Assembly: GCA_965215565.1 (NCBI GenBank)
Contig: CBDCDZ010000004.1
Location: 1,408,001-1,472,000 of the forward strand
Direction of reading: 5' to 3'
DNA: 64,000 nt
Origin: Trueperaceae bacterium
Lineage (GTDB): Bacteria > Deinococcota > Deinococci > Deinococcales > Trueperaceae
Each line of letters opens with the position of its first letter. Position 1 is the first letter of the stretch. The notes below the pieces were generated by a model. It did no database searches and was not told the DNA's origin. It saw only the letters and a list, made by a program, of their open reading frames with translations. A program made the translations under genes and the position numbers. Below, one piece after another: positions 25,072 through 35,528 of the stretch.

Positions 25072-27663
25072 ATGTTCTGCATCCAACGATTCCTGATGCC
25101 TCACGAGGAGAGATTAAATAGTGTGACCCCCTCTATCTTTACGGCGATTCTCACGACGCAAGGCGACGTTGTCCAACTCAACCACCAGGCGCTCGAGGCG
25201 GCGCACATCGACCCGCAAACCGTTTTAGGTCAACCGCTCGGTGCGCTTCCTTACTGGGCTGATCCCGAATGCGTGCGCAAGGCGGCGGCGGATGCGGCGC
25301 AGGGTGAGGTGGTGCGCTTAGAAACAACCCTCGAGCTAAATGGAGCGCAGCTCGAGGTGGAACTCATCCTCGCCCCGCTCCATAACGCCGAAGGTAAAGT
25401 CACGCAGCTCAGCGGTCATGTAGTCGACATCAGCGAGCGTAAGGCATGGGAACGTGCCGCGAAGGAGAAGGTGGCGCGGCAACAGCTCATCCTAGAGAAC
25501 GTCAAGGAGCACGCCATTTTGCTGCTCGACGTACACGGGGTGGTCACGGCGTGCAACTCGGGCGCAGAGCGTATCCTCGGCTACCGCCCGGAGGAACTTG
25601 AAGGACAACCTATCGCGTGTATTTTCACACCCGAAGATGTCGAAGCGGGCGCTGCGCAAAAAGAGATGCGCGTCGCAGCGGCGGAAGGGCGCGCCCAGGA
25701 CAACCGCTGGCATGTGCATAAGGACGGCAGCAGCTTCTGGGCGGACGGCATCACTACGGCGAGGTGCGCCGAGGACGGCTCGCTACTGGGTTTCGCGAAG
25801 GTGTTCTCCGACGACTCGAAGAGCAAGTTAGCCGAGCAAGAGCGCGACTACCTCTTGGAGCGCTTGGAGCGCAAACGAGCGTATTTAGAGGCAATTTTTC
25901 AGCAGATGCCCTCGGGCGTCGCCATCGCTGAAGCGCCCTCGGGCAAGCTGATTATGCACAACGAGGAGGCGGAAAAACTTCTAGGTCATCCTCTTTTAGA
26001 GTCGGCAGACTACACGGGCTACTCGCGCTACGGCGCGCTGCATCCCGACGGACGCCCTTACGCCGCCGAGGAGTACCCGATCACGCGGGCACTCCTGCGC
26101 GGCAAAACGGTCTCGCAAGAGGACATGCGCTATAGGCGCGGCGACGGCAGGGTCACGCTCTTCTCCGTCAACGCTGCGCCCGTCAAGGACGCGGACGGCA
26201 CCATCGTCGCGGCGATCAGCACCTTTCACGACATCTCCGAGCGGCAGCGTGCCGCTGAGGAACTGCAAAAGGCGCACGAAGCGTTGCAGGCACGGGTGAA
26301 AGAACTCGACGCGATGAAAGAGGAGTTGGAAAGAGTCAACGACAGGCTTTACCACGACGCCTTCCACGACGCGCTGACCGGGCTCCCCAACCGCCTGCTC
26401 TTCACGGAGCGCTTAGAGCAAGCGCTTAAAAGACAGGTGCGCCACCCTCACGCGCACGCGGCGGTGCTCTTTTTGGACTTTGACCGCTTCAAAGTTGTCA
26501 ACGACTCGCTCGGCCACGCGGTGGGCGACGGGCTCCTAACGTGTATCAGCAAGCGCCTCCAAACCTGTGTGAGACCGTCCGATACAGTAGCGCGTTTAGG
26601 CGGCGACGAGTTCGTGATTTTGTTAGAGGGGATCACTCATACTGAGCAAGTCACGCACGTCGCGCAGCGCATCACCGAGGCGTTTTACCGCCCGCTGCTC
26701 GTCGGCGAACACGACCTCTACACGAGCGCGAGCATCGGCATCGTTTCGAATACCGCGTACTATGCGCGCGCCGACGACGTGCTGCGCGACGCCGACATCG
26801 CCATGTACCGCGCCAAAGCGAAAGGGCGCGGAACGTACCAGCTTTTCAGCCAGCGGATGCACCAGCAGGCGATGGACGCGATGACGCTCGAGCGCGAACT
26901 GCGCAGCGCGGTCACGGAGCGCGAACTGCGCGTCGCCTATCAGCCTATCTTGGCGGTCGCGAACGGCACACTTCTAGGTTTCGAAGCGCTGGTGCGCTGG
27001 CAAAACCCCAAGCGCGGGCTCATCTCCCCCGCCCTCTTTCTGCCGCTAGCCGAAGAGACCGGGCTCATCCGCGAAATCGACCGCTACGTCTGGACGGAGG
27101 CGTGCCGGCAGGTTCGCGTTTGGCAAAGAGGTTCGGACGACCCTAGCGGCGCAGACTATCCCCTCACCCTCAGCATCAACCTCTCGTCGCAGCATTTCCT
27201 CTACCCCGAACTCGTCAGGAACATCGAAAGCATCCTCACCGAGACCGACTTTCCCCCGGAGCAACTCGTTTTGGAAATCACCGAAGGCGCACTCATCCGC
27301 TCGTCGGAAATGGTCAGCACGACGCTACGTGAACTCAAAGAACTCGGGCTCAAACTCTACTTAGACGACTTCGGCACGGGCTACTCGTCCTTATCGTACT
27401 TACAACGCTTCCCCGTAGACGCCCTTAAAATCGACCGCTCGTTCATCCACAGCATGACCCGCAACGAAGAGAGCGCCGAACTGGTGCGCACGATCATCAA
27501 CATGGCGCAGAACTTAGGCTTGCAAGCCGTCGCGGAAGGCGTCGAGACCGAGGAACAACTCGAGCGGCTCCGCGACTTGGGCTGCTCGTATACGCAGGGC
27601 TACCTCTTTGCGAAACCGCTCAGCGAGGCGCAGGCGGAGGAGTTTATGACAGTAAGTGGGTAA
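25072..27663 (+). CDS. PAS-GGDEF-EAL diguanylate cyclase/phosphodiesterase
   Basis: PAS repeats, HDALTGLPNR, GGDEF, EAL, DDFGTGYSS. Confidence 0.95.
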   Translation: MFCIQRFLMPHEERLNSVTPSIFTAILTTQGDVVQLNHQALEAAHIDPQTVLGQPLGALPYWADPECVRKAAADAAQGEVVRLETTLELNGAQLEVELILAPLHNAEGKVTQLSGHVVDISERKAWERAAKEKVARQQLILENVKEHAILLLDVHGVVTACNSGAERILGYRPEELEGQPIACIFTPEDVEAGAAQKEMRVAAAEGRAQDNRWHVHKDGSSFWADGITTARCAEDGSLLGFAKVFSDDSKSKLAEQERDYLLERLERKRAYLEAIFQQMPSGVAIAEAPSGKLIMHNEEAEKLLGHPLLESADYTGYSRYGALHPDGRPYAAEEYPITRALLRGKTVSQEDMRYRRGDGRVTLFSVNAAPVKDADGTIVAAISTFHDISERQRAAEELQKAHEALQARVKELDAMKEELERVNDRLYHDAFHDALTGLPNRLLFTERLEQALKRQVRHPHAHAAVLFLDFDRFKVVNDSLGHAVGDGLLTCISKRLQTCVRPSDTVARLGGDEFVILLEGITHTEQVTHVAQRITEAFYRPLLVGEHDLYTSASIGIVSNTAYYARADDVLRDADIAMYRAKAKGRGTYQLFSQRMHQQAMDAMTLERELRSAVTERELRVAYQPILAVANGTLLGFEALVRWQNPKRGLISPALFLPLAEETGLIREIDRYVWTEACRQVRVWQRGSDDPSGADYPLTLSINLSSQHFLYPELVRNIESILTETDFPPEQLVLEITEGALIRSSEMVSTTLRELKELGLKLYLDDFGTGYSSLSYLQRFPVDALKIDRSFIHSMTRNEESAELVRTIINMAQNLGLQAVAEGVETEEQLERLRDLGCSYTQGYLFAKPLSEAQAEEFMTVSG

Positions 27664-27668
27664 GGGCG

Positions 27669-27711
27669 AGGATACAGGAGGCAGAACATTCTGCCTCCTG
27701 TATCCTTTTTT
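27669..27711. terminator. Terminator between convergent genes
   Basis: 18-bp perfect inverted repeat aggatacaggaggcagaa/ttctgcctcctgtatcct followed by a T run. Confidence 0.75.
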
Positions 27712-28531
27712 ACCCTCGGTTGAACCGCTCTAAAATCACCAACAAGACGACACCCGGCACCGACGCGAGTAGCGCCAACCCCGCCCCCACCGGGTCCAAC
27801 GCGCCGCCGCCCGCGAGCTTCGAGAAGAGCAGCGTCGGCAGCGTCTCGACTTGTCCGCGTCCGACGTAAAAGGTCAGCAAGAAGAGGTTGGACGAGATGA
27901 GAAAGGCGAACAGCGCACTCGCCGCGAGCCCCGGCAAGATGAGCGGCAGCGTCACATATAGGGCGACTTGCCAGGGCGACGCGCCGAGCGTCCGCGCCTG
28001 CGCCTCGACCTCTTGACCTAAGTTTTGAAACGCCGAAATCAGCACGCGCATGGTGTAGGGAATCACAGGGATGAGGTGCGCGAGGACGATGCCGACGAAA
28101 CTTCCCGCGAGCCCAAGTTGGATAAACAGCACGAGCATCCCGAGACCGATGGCAATTTCTGGGACGATGAGGGGTGTGAGGAGAAAAAACTCTAACGCGC
28201 TGCGTCCCGGAAATCGCTCGGTAGCGATGGCTCTTGCAGCGGGCAAGCAGAGCAGCGACGCCAGCAGCGTCACAGCGAGGGCAATGCCCACCGTGTTGAG
28301 GAGCGCGTCCCCAGCATTAAGCGCCGAGGAGAAGACGAAATCCCACGCCACCGGGCGAAAGACCTCCCCGCGCACCTGCCACCACCATTCGCTCGGCAAG
28401 AGGTTTGGCCAAGTCCAGCGGAAGGAGACCGAGGCGATAAGGAGGGGCGCGAAGGGTCCCGCGAAGGCGAGCACCGCGAGGACGAGGGTGAGGCGGCTTA
28501 GCGTGCTAGGTTTACGCCTCATCGGGCTCAC
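27710..28531 (-). CDS. ABC transporter permease (PotC-like)
   Basis: EAQARTLGASPWQ EAA-type loop; hydrophobic. Confidence 0.9.
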   Translation of the reverse strand: MSPMRRKPSTLSRLTLVLAVLAFAGPFAPLLIASVSFRWTWPNLLPSEWWWQVRGEVFRPVAWDFVFSSALNAGDALLNTVGIALAVTLLASLLCLPAARAIATERFPGRSALEFFLLTPLIVPEIAIGLGMLVLFIQLGLAGSFVGIVLAHLIPVIPYTMRVLISAFQNLGQEVEAQARTLGASPWQVALYVTLPLILPGLAASALFAFLISSNLFLLTFYVGRGQVETLPTLLFSKLAGGGALDPVGAGLALLASVPGVVLLVILERFNRG

Positions 28532-29402
28532 TCGCGCTGAAGCGGCGGTAGAGGAGGAGGTAGAGCGTCAGGAGGAGGCTCGAGACCCCACTCACCACCA
28601 CGATGATGCTCACCCCGAAAAGCCGCCGCGACACGTCCACGTCGTCGAAGGCTCGCCACGCCATCACGGGCAGCGTGTTGGGACCTCCGCCGAGTAAAAA
28701 CGGCACCTCGAATGAGCCGAAGTTAAAGGCGAAGACGATAAGTGTCGCGGCGAGAATGCCGGGCATCAAGCGGGGCAGCGTTATATACCAAAAGGTCTGA
28801 CGCGGTGACGCCCCGGAGACCCGCGCCGCCGCTTCGATGTCGGGGTTTAAGCCCGCTAAGACTGACACCAGAATGAGCGTCTGAAAGGGAATCTGCTTCC
28901 AGAGGTAGACCAGCATGACGCCGATACCGCTCTCCGTGTAGAGGAGCCTGGGGAAGTCCCGCGTGCTCTCAATGAACCCCAGCGCGAAGAGCGAACGCGC
29001 GATGAGTCCGCCGTTCGACCAGAGCAGCGCCGTGAGTGCGACGCCGACGAGATACGGCACAACGAGCGGGAGTTTGTACAAGAAGCTTATGACGCCGCGC
29101 CCCGCGAAGTGTCGGCGCAGAGAGAGCGCGAGAAAGATGCTCAAAATAGTGCCGAGTACGGTGGGAACAATTGCGTAATACAAGGTGAGCCAGAGACTTT
29201 GCCAGAACGTACTCGAGCCGAAAAGCTCAGTGTAGTAGCGCCCAGTCGGAAACTCGCTTACGCCGTAGATGGGCGCGTAGCCGAGGCTTTGGGCGAGCGC
29301 AGCGAGCAGGGCTCCCAGGTAGAGGACGACGAGCACCAGCAGCACAGGCGCGAGCATGAACGTGAGGCGGAGACCTCTTCTACTTCTACGTTTCCACTTC
29401 AC
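28512..29402 (-). CDS. ABC transporter permease (PotB-like)
   Basis: EAAARVSGASPRQTFWYITLP. Confidence 0.9.
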   Translation of the reverse strand: MKWKRRSRRGLRLTFMLAPVLLVLVVLYLGALLAALAQSLGYAPIYGVSEFPTGRYYTELFGSSTFWQSLWLTLYYAIVPTVLGTILSIFLALSLRRHFAGRGVISFLYKLPLVVPYLVGVALTALLWSNGGLIARSLFALGFIESTRDFPRLLYTESGIGVMLVYLWKQIPFQTLILVSVLAGLNPDIEAAARVSGASPRQTFWYITLPRLMPGILAATLIVFAFNFGSFEVPFLLGGGPNTLPVMAWRAFDDVDVSRRLFGVSIIVVVSGVSSLLLTLYLLLYRRFSASEPDEA

Positions 29403-29509
29403 CTTTTTACCTCTTACTCATTCCCTACAAAACTACACGGTACCGTCCTAAAGGCAGTCTGAGCGACTTGCTACGCCCCTACCGCGTCAACACAAGACAT
29501 ATTTACAGC

Positions 29510-30868
29510 CTACTGACGCGCGTCGTAGGCGGCTTCGACTAACTCGAGCACCGACGCTTCCGTTTCCTGCGCGATGTAGCCTTCCCACACCTCTTGGATG
29601 ACCTCGATGAGCGTCGCGTTCGTGTCGGGCACTTCGTTGGCGGCAAGCTCCTCAAAGGTGAGCCCGCGCAAGCTGGGCGCGGCTGCTTCGACCTCGCTCC
29701 TCTGCTCCTCGCTTAAAAGCGGTACGTCCACGCCAGGGAAGTAGCCGAGTGCGCCCAGTTTACTGATGTGGCTCGCGGGGCTCGAGAGGACGTTCGCCAG
29801 CACCAACGCCGCCGCCGGGTTGGGCGAGGTAGCTGGAATGGCGATAAAGCTCTTGTTCGCGAGCATGTTGCCCTCGGGGAAGACGATGTTCTCTATCGTC
29901 TCGGGAAAGCGCCCATTTTGCACGCCCACCGCCGCCGTGAACGCACCCATCTGACAGAGCATGTCCACCTCGCCGTTAATGAGAAACGCCTCATTCGCCG
30001 CTTGGTTCTCGGGGTAGATGGGACCTCCGCGTACGCCCTCTTGACCACTGCCGCCGAGTAAGAAGGGACCTATGCGCTTTAAGTATTCGAAGCCCGGCGT
30101 GATGAGTTGCGCGAATTCTTCAGGTGTATAAGCATCTAACGGCTCTAAAAAGGCCATGGCATCCTGTTGGCTCGAGGCGTAGAGGACGCTCTGCACGAAG
30201 GTGTTACCAATGTAGTCGGGCGGGCGCACGTAGGTGAAGCGGTCTGGATTGTTCTGCAGAAAGGTCTCTAATTCCTCCAGCGTATTCGGCGCGTCCTCAC
30301 GGGAAAGTCTCGCCGTGTCTATCATGCACGTATACTGAAACTGCGCCCAGGGCACCTCTCTGAGTTCGGTAGGGAAGCCGTTGTCGCGCCGATTGATGAG
30401 CGCTTTGGGGTCATCCTCTTCCAGGTAGAAATACTGCGAGTTCGGCAACTTGTCCGCGAACGCGCCGAAGAGCAAATCTTGTGTTGCGAGGGTGAGGAAG
30501 TTCTCGCCGTTAATCCAAATGGCGTCCACGGTTCCCTCACCGAGACCGCTGCCGGTTGCTTCGTCCGCTAAAACTTGGTCTACAGCGTCGCGGGTATCGG
30601 GGACACGGGAGGTCTCCAGGGTAATCCCCAGCTCCGCCATCGCCGGAACGACCTCTTGCTCCACCCAGAAGTTCAGCTCGTCCGAGCCGCCCCAATGGAA
30701 CCACCGGACCTCGCCCTCCTCTTGCGCCCGCGCGACGACCTCGTCCCAGCTCAACTCACCCGCTAAAAACGCTTCGCGAAACGCTTCTGCGTCACCGCTT
30801 TGTGCTAAAGCGCAACTCGCCAAAGAGGTTGTAACGGTAATAACCAACCCTAAAATAAAACGCATCAT
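29510..30868 (-). CDS. ABC substrate-binding protein (YnjB-like)
   Basis: AGGAG RBS before MMRFIL at 30868; WGGS, D.IWINGENF, RFTYVRPPD..G.TF. Confidence 0.85.
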   Translation of the reverse strand: MMRFILGLVITVTTSLASCALAQSGDAEAFREAFLAGELSWDEVVARAQEEGEVRWFHWGGSDELNFWVEQEVVPAMAELGITLETSRVPDTRDAVDQVLADEATGSGLGEGTVDAIWINGENFLTLATQDLLFGAFADKLPNSQYFYLEEDDPKALINRRDNGFPTELREVPWAQFQYTCMIDTARLSREDAPNTLEELETFLQNNPDRFTYVRPPDYIGNTFVQSVLYASSQQDAMAFLEPLDAYTPEEFAQLITPGFEYLKRIGPFLLGGSGQEGVRGGPIYPENQAANEAFLINGEVDMLCQMGAFTAAVGVQNGRFPETIENIVFPEGNMLANKSFIAIPATSPNPAAALVLANVLSSPASHISKLGALGYFPGVDVPLLSEEQRSEVEAAAPSLRGLTFEELAANEVPDTNATLIEVIQEVWEGYIAQETEASVLELVEAAYDARQ

Positions 30869-30876
30869 TTCTCCTT

Positions 30877-32010
30877 TTACGCCGCCAACTCTGCCGAAGT
30901 CGCGCGCGCCGCCCCGTCTTTTGCACTGCCGTCTTCTGCGCCACTGTCTTCTCCCGGCGGCAGGACCCAAAGACGCTCGGCGGGTAGCGAGACACCGATG
31001 TGCTCGCCCACCGCAAACGCCGCCCCCCCGCCCAGGTGCGCGACGAGGGTCTCGGGTTCAGCTTGCTCGTCGTTCCCTCGAGGATAGACTGCGACCTCAT
31101 AGCGTGTGACGCCGCCGCGATAGACAGCTTTGGTGACGTGTCCGGTGATCGGCCCACCGCTTCGGCACAGTTCGACGTATTCAGGACGAATCACCGCGGT
31201 GACTTCGCCACTCCGGTAGGGAGTTGACGGAAGGGTGACTCGCCCTATCAACGTCGCTAGATGTTCACCCTCGAGCCTTCCCGTCAAGAGGTTCGTTCCG
31301 CCCATGAACTGCGCGACGGGGGCGCTCGCCGGACGCTCGAAGACCTCTTGCGGCGTGCCGAGTTGCGCCACTTGACCCTCAAACATCACGCCGAGCGCGT
31401 CGGCGAGTTCTAGCGCCTCCATCTGATCGTGGGTGACGAAAAGCGTGGTGACGCCCAAACTACGTTGCAAATCGCGCACCAGCTCGCGCATCTCTTCGCG
31501 CAGGGTAGCGTCTAGGCTCGAGAAGGGCTCGTCCATCAGCAGTAATTTGGGCTCGGTAACGACAGCGCGTGCAATCGCCACGCGCTGCTGCTGTCCGCCC
31601 GAAAGCTGACGCGGTTTTCTCCCTTCGAAACCTGTGAGCTGCACCGACTCGAGCGCTTCCCCGACGCGCCGCCGGACCTCTCGGCGAGACGCGCCGCGCA
31701 TCTTGAGCCCGAAGCCGACGTTTGCCGCGACACTTAGATGCGGAAAGAGCGTCGGACGCTGAAAGACCATGCCGATGTCGCGCTTCTCGGGCGGCAGGTG
31801 GGCGACGTTGTGACCACTCAACTTAATCTCGCCTGCATCCGGCTCTAAAAGCCCCGCAACGAGCCGCAGGAGCGTCGTTTTGCCGCAACCCGACGGACCC
31901 AAAAGCGCCAGAAGCTGACCCGGCGCGACCTCCAAGGAGACCCCCTTGAGCGCGCGCACGTCGCCATAGACCTTGCTGAGCCCTTGCAAGCTGAGCGCTA
32001 CTAGACTCAT
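30877..32010 (-). CDS. ABC ATP-binding protein (PotA-like, TOBE)
   Basis: GPSGCGKT, LSGGQQQRVA, VTHDQ.EA. Confidence 0.93.
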   Translation of the reverse strand: MSLVALSLQGLSKVYGDVRALKGVSLEVAPGQLLALLGPSGCGKTTLLRLVAGLLEPDAGEIKLSGHNVAHLPPEKRDIGMVFQRPTLFPHLSVAANVGFGLKMRGASRREVRRRVGEALESVQLTGFEGRKPRQLSGGQQQRVAIARAVVTEPKLLLMDEPFSSLDATLREEMRELVRDLQRSLGVTTLFVTHDQMEALELADALGVMFEGQVAQLGTPQEVFERPASAPVAQFMGGTNLLTGRLEGEHLATLIGRVTLPSTPYRSGEVTAVIRPEYVELCRSGGPITGHVTKAVYRGGVTRYEVAVYPRGNDEQAEPETLVAHLGGGAAFAVGEHIGVSLPAERLWVLPPGEDSGAEDGSAKDGAARATSAELAA

Positions 32011-32122
32011 CCCTCAAGCTCCATTTTTAGAAATCCTGCCATCATTTCGAGTCTACAGACCACGTCATCCTTGCGTCGTCCTAAGCTGACTAGCATTGGG
32101 CGCAAGAACGTGGTAGGTGACG

Positions 32123-32764
32123 CTACCCAAGCTCTTCGGCAAGCTGCGGGTTGAGGATGTAGAAGGAGAGCCGCTGCAACCCTGTCAAGAAGTCCATGCG
32201 CTCAACGTGCACCTCGCTCGGCACGCTGAGCATGAAGGGCGTGAAGTTGAGGATGCCGCGCACGCCTGCGCGTACGATGTCGTCGGCGGCGTCTTGCGCG
32301 GTCTGCGAGGGTGTGCATAGGAGCGCCATATCGACACCCTTCTCTTGAACGATGCGGGATAACTCACTCATCGGCTGCACTTCTAAGTCGCCGAAGCGCT
32401 GACCGATGACGTTCGGGCTGATGTCAAAAACGCCCTTGAATTCGAACGAGTAGTCGCCGATGTGCGGGTCGTGAACAATAGCTTGACCCAAACGACCCAT
32501 GCCGACAATCACAACGCTCCACACCCTGGTTAAGCCCAAAATGCGGCGCAACTCGCGGCGCAGCGTCGGTACGGTGTAGCCCGCGCCGCGCGTACCGAAG
32601 CGCCCGAAGTATGCCAAATCTTTACGAACTTGAAAGGCGGTGCTCTGCGCCTCATCTGCCAAAAAGTCTGATGAGGTGGTTTTGACGCCCGCCGCCTCGA
32701 GCCTCTCTAACGTGCGCAAATAGAGAACCAGGCGGCTGATCGTCGCCGTCGGAATCGTGCTCAT
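32123..32764 (-). CDS. rex: Redox-sensing transcriptional repressor Rex
   Basis: IP.ATISRL..YLR.L, QVRKDLAYFG.FG.RG.GY, VGMGRLG, ILNF.P. Confidence 0.95.
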   Translation of the reverse strand: MSTIPTATISRLVLYLRTLERLEAAGVKTTSSDFLADEAQSTAFQVRKDLAYFGRFGTRGAGYTVPTLRRELRRILGLTRVWSVVIVGMGRLGQAIVHDPHIGDYSFEFKGVFDISPNVIGQRFGDLEVQPMSELSRIVQEKGVDMALLCTPSQTAQDAADDIVRAGVRGILNFTPFMLSVPSEVHVERMDFLTGLQRLSFYILNPQLAEELG

Positions 32765-33231
32765 AGTCCCTCCACGCGACCGTTATACCATATAAGCGAA
32801 AACATTCACATTTTACGCGGAATTTTATCCTTTGGCGCGATTAGGTTGATTTTTGAAAGAGGTCAGCGTGACCTCGAGGAGCGATAAGCGTGTGCGTCAA
32901 ATTGAGCCCCACGCCACTACGAAGACACCTTCTCCTAGATTTAAGCTAAAAGATTTAAGTTTGAAAGGGTCAAAAGAGAAACCGTACTGTAAGTAAGCAT
33001 GTGAGCGAGCATACACGTGAACACCTTGTGGACCTTGCGTAGTCTCAACACAGAACCCCAATATATAGAACGTGCTACTACGCTAAAAAGGCCATAAGAA
33101 AACTTTGAGAGGACCTCCACCGGGGGGGCAGCGGGTGTGGAGATACAACCCTCAAAGCTGAAATAAGTATACACATACCTAGTACGGTTTGTAAACCCCC
33201 TACACCCCCTCGTCCTGCTATACTCTGCGCT

Positions 33232-33906
33232 GTGAACACTCCCAAACTCGCCCCTTCAATTCTCGCCGCCGACTTCTCACGTCTAGGCGAACAGGTCAAA
33301 GCCGCCGAGGAAGCCGGGGCTGACCTCATCCATATCGACGTGATGGACGGACACTTCGTCCCGAACATCACCATCGGACCGCTCATTGTACAAGCCTGCA
33401 AGCGCGTGACCAAACTCCCTTTGGACGTGCACCTCATGATTGCAGAGCCCGAGCGCTACTTGGAGACCTTCGCCGAGGCGGGCGCGGACATCCTCACCCT
33501 CCACGCCGAAGCCACGCCCCACGTCCACCGCGCTCTACAAGTCGTGCGCGAGTCGGGCACGCGCGCAGGTCTCGCACTGAATCCGGTAACGCCTCTAGAG
33601 ATTGTCAAAGAAGCCCTGCCCTATCTCGACTTGGTCCTCATCATGAGCGTCAACCCCGGCTTCGGCGGACAGAAGTTCATCGAGGCGACGATTCGCCGCC
33701 TGCGCACCGTAAGAGGTTGGATTGACGAGATTAACCCGAACTGCGAACTAGAGGTGGACGGCGGCATTGATAAGAGCACCGCGCCCAGGGTGGTCGAGGC
33801 GGGCGCGAGCGTGCTGGTAGCGGGCAGCGCAATTTTTAGTGGGATGGACAGCGTGCAGGAGAATATTGCGGCGCTGAGAGAGAGTATAGGCGTTTCGGAA
33901 GATTAG
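33232..33906 (+). CDS. rpe: Ribulose-phosphate 3-epimerase
   Basis: APSILAADF, HIDVMDGHFVPN, MSVNPGFGGQ, EVDGG. Confidence 0.97.
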   Translation: MNTPKLAPSILAADFSRLGEQVKAAEEAGADLIHIDVMDGHFVPNITIGPLIVQACKRVTKLPLDVHLMIAEPERYLETFAEAGADILTLHAEATPHVHRALQVVRESGTRAGLALNPVTPLEIVKEALPYLDLVLIMSVNPGFGGQKFIEATIRRLRTVRGWIDEINPNCELEVDGGIDKSTAPRVVEAGASVLVAGSAIFSGMDSVQENIAALRESIGVSED

Positions 33907-34499
33907 TAGTCGTCCGGTATGACTTCGGTGTCGATAATTCTCTGAGCGATAAGAGGTTCGTTTGAGTTTTCGGGGTGGGTGAACTCGAGCGTCACCTTGA
34001 GGTTGTCATCGAGCAGACCACCAAGCTCCGCGCAGACCGCTTCGGAGCAAGTAAATTCCTTCACTCGGTGAAATTGGAAGAGGTTGGCAGCTTTTTGAAC
34101 GAGATATTCTTCTGCAAATTCATCCGAACTTTCTTGTGTGGTCAGCGCGATTTCGAAGCGAACGTCCGGTGCAACCTTTTCTTTGCTGATTACCTCTAGC
34201 AGCGTCGTCTCGATACTGGACCCATCGGCTGGAGGATTTCGTATCCGCGTCTGGCGCACCTGTAATTCATACGTGTAGCCCCACTCGTACTCAAATCCTG
34301 CGATACCGCTGTAGCGGTACGTCCACGTGTCGTTGACTTCTTCTTTCTCGAGGTAGCAAAGACGCAAAGAGAGACCTACGCATTCGGTCAGATGATGATC
34401 AAGATAGAGCGTCTTAACAGTAGATGCCTGGAGAAGACCACAGCTTGTCAGCGCGAGCAGTATTCCTATGGCAAGTATTGTGTGACTCAATTTCTTCAT
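33903..34499 (-). CDS. Lipoprotein, DUF4377-like
   Basis: LTSC lipobox; CVG...C, I.GFEYEWGY.Y.L, NPPADGSS. Confidence 0.75.
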   Translation of the reverse strand: MKKLSHTILAIGILLALTSCGLLQASTVKTLYLDHHLTECVGLSLRLCYLEKEEVNDTWTYRYSGIAGFEYEWGYTYELQVRQTRIRNPPADGSSIETTLLEVISKEKVAPDVRFEIALTTQESSDEFAEEYLVQKAANLFQFHRVKEFTCSEAVCAELGGLLDDNLKVTLEFTHPENSNEPLIAQRIIDTEVIPDDY

Positions 34500-34565
34500 A
34501 GTTTTAAGTTTAACAAAAGAAACCAGCCTTACATTTCATTATTTTTTAAGACAACCCAGACATCC

Positions 34566-34596
34566 TTGACTCTCACGCCGCGTCAGAGTCTAAGCT
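34566..34596 (+). promoter_or_regulatory. MerR-type promoter 1
   Basis: TTGACT-19-TAAGCT with gactct/agagtc dyad. Confidence 0.75.
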
Positions 34597-34621
34597 AAAA
34601 CCATAGATATGGAGGTCAAGC

Positions 34622-35476
34622 GTGTTCAAAATCGGCGACTTCTCCCAACTCGGGCGCGTCACGGTGCGCACCCTGCGCCACTACGACGAGCTAGGGCTCT
34701 TGCACCCTGCTAAAATCGACGATGAAAGCAGCTACCGCTTCTACAGCGTGGAGCAACTGCCCAAGCTCAACCGCATCGTCGCCTTGAAAGACTTAGGCTT
34801 TTCTCTTGGCGAGATTCAGCGGCTCGTCAAAGAGGACGTGTCGGCAGATGAACTCAGGGCGATGTTGGAGCAAAAGCAGCGCGAGGTATCGGTGAAACTG
34901 GCACAAGAGCAGCAGCGTTTGAGGCAGATAGTGTCGCGCTTGCAGATGATCGAACAAGAGGACGAGGTGCCTCACTACGACGTGACCCTGAAACGTCTCC
35001 CCGCTATGACGGTCTTCTCCAAACGCCACTTCGTCCCGCACACTAGCCAGATGAGCGAGTTCTGCGTGCGCTTCTACGAGGAGCTTTATACGGTCTTGAA
35101 CGCTCAGCACCTCGCGCCTGTCCAGCCCGAATTCACGCTCTACCACATGACTGAGTACACCGAAGAGAACGTGGATGTGGAGGTGGCGGTTGTGCTGGAA
35201 AACGCAGCTTATGAGCGGTTGGAACTGCCCGACGACACCTTCAGCGTGCGTAAGCTGCCCAAGCACAATACCGTCGCGAGCGTACTCCATCACGGCTACT
35301 ACCACGAGCTAGGGCGAGCGGCTAAGGCGCTGACGTTGTGGGTCGGGATGAACGGCTACGAGAGTAACGGAGCCGCCAGAGAGGTTCACCTCTCCGGTCC
35401 TGTAACCCAAACGGGCAAAGATCGCCCCGTAGTGGTTGAACTTCAAGCCCCTGTTGTGCCGCATGGAATTGACTAG
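34622..35476 (+). CDS. MerR family regulator with GyrI-like effector domain
   Basis: FKIGDFS...V.VRTLRHYDELGLL.P..YRFY; C-terminal GyrI-like domain. Confidence 0.93.
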   Translation: MFKIGDFSQLGRVTVRTLRHYDELGLLHPAKIDDESSYRFYSVEQLPKLNRIVALKDLGFSLGEIQRLVKEDVSADELRAMLEQKQREVSVKLAQEQQRLRQIVSRLQMIEQEDEVPHYDVTLKRLPAMTVFSKRHFVPHTSQMSEFCVRFYEELYTVLNAQHLAPVQPEFTLYHMTEYTEENVDVEVAVVLENAAYERLELPDDTFSVRKLPKHNTVASVLHHGYYHELGRAAKALTLWVGMNGYESNGAAREVHLSGPVTQTGKDRPVVVELQAPVVPHGID

Positions 35477-35479
35477 CCC

Positions 35480-35510
35480 TTGACTCTCCCGTAACGGTAG
35501 ACTCCACACT
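35480..35510 (+). promoter_or_regulatory. MerR-type promoter 2
   Basis: TTGACT-19-CACACT with ccgt/acgg dyad. Confidence 0.7.
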
Positions 35511-35528
35511 GGGCTGAAGGAGGCACGT

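Noticed and set aside
29510..30970. Extended N-termini in the ORF track (30970, also 55551, 58385, 43222, 41780)
   Set aside because: Extensions overlap neighbouring genes or repeats; downstream ATGs with better context were used instead
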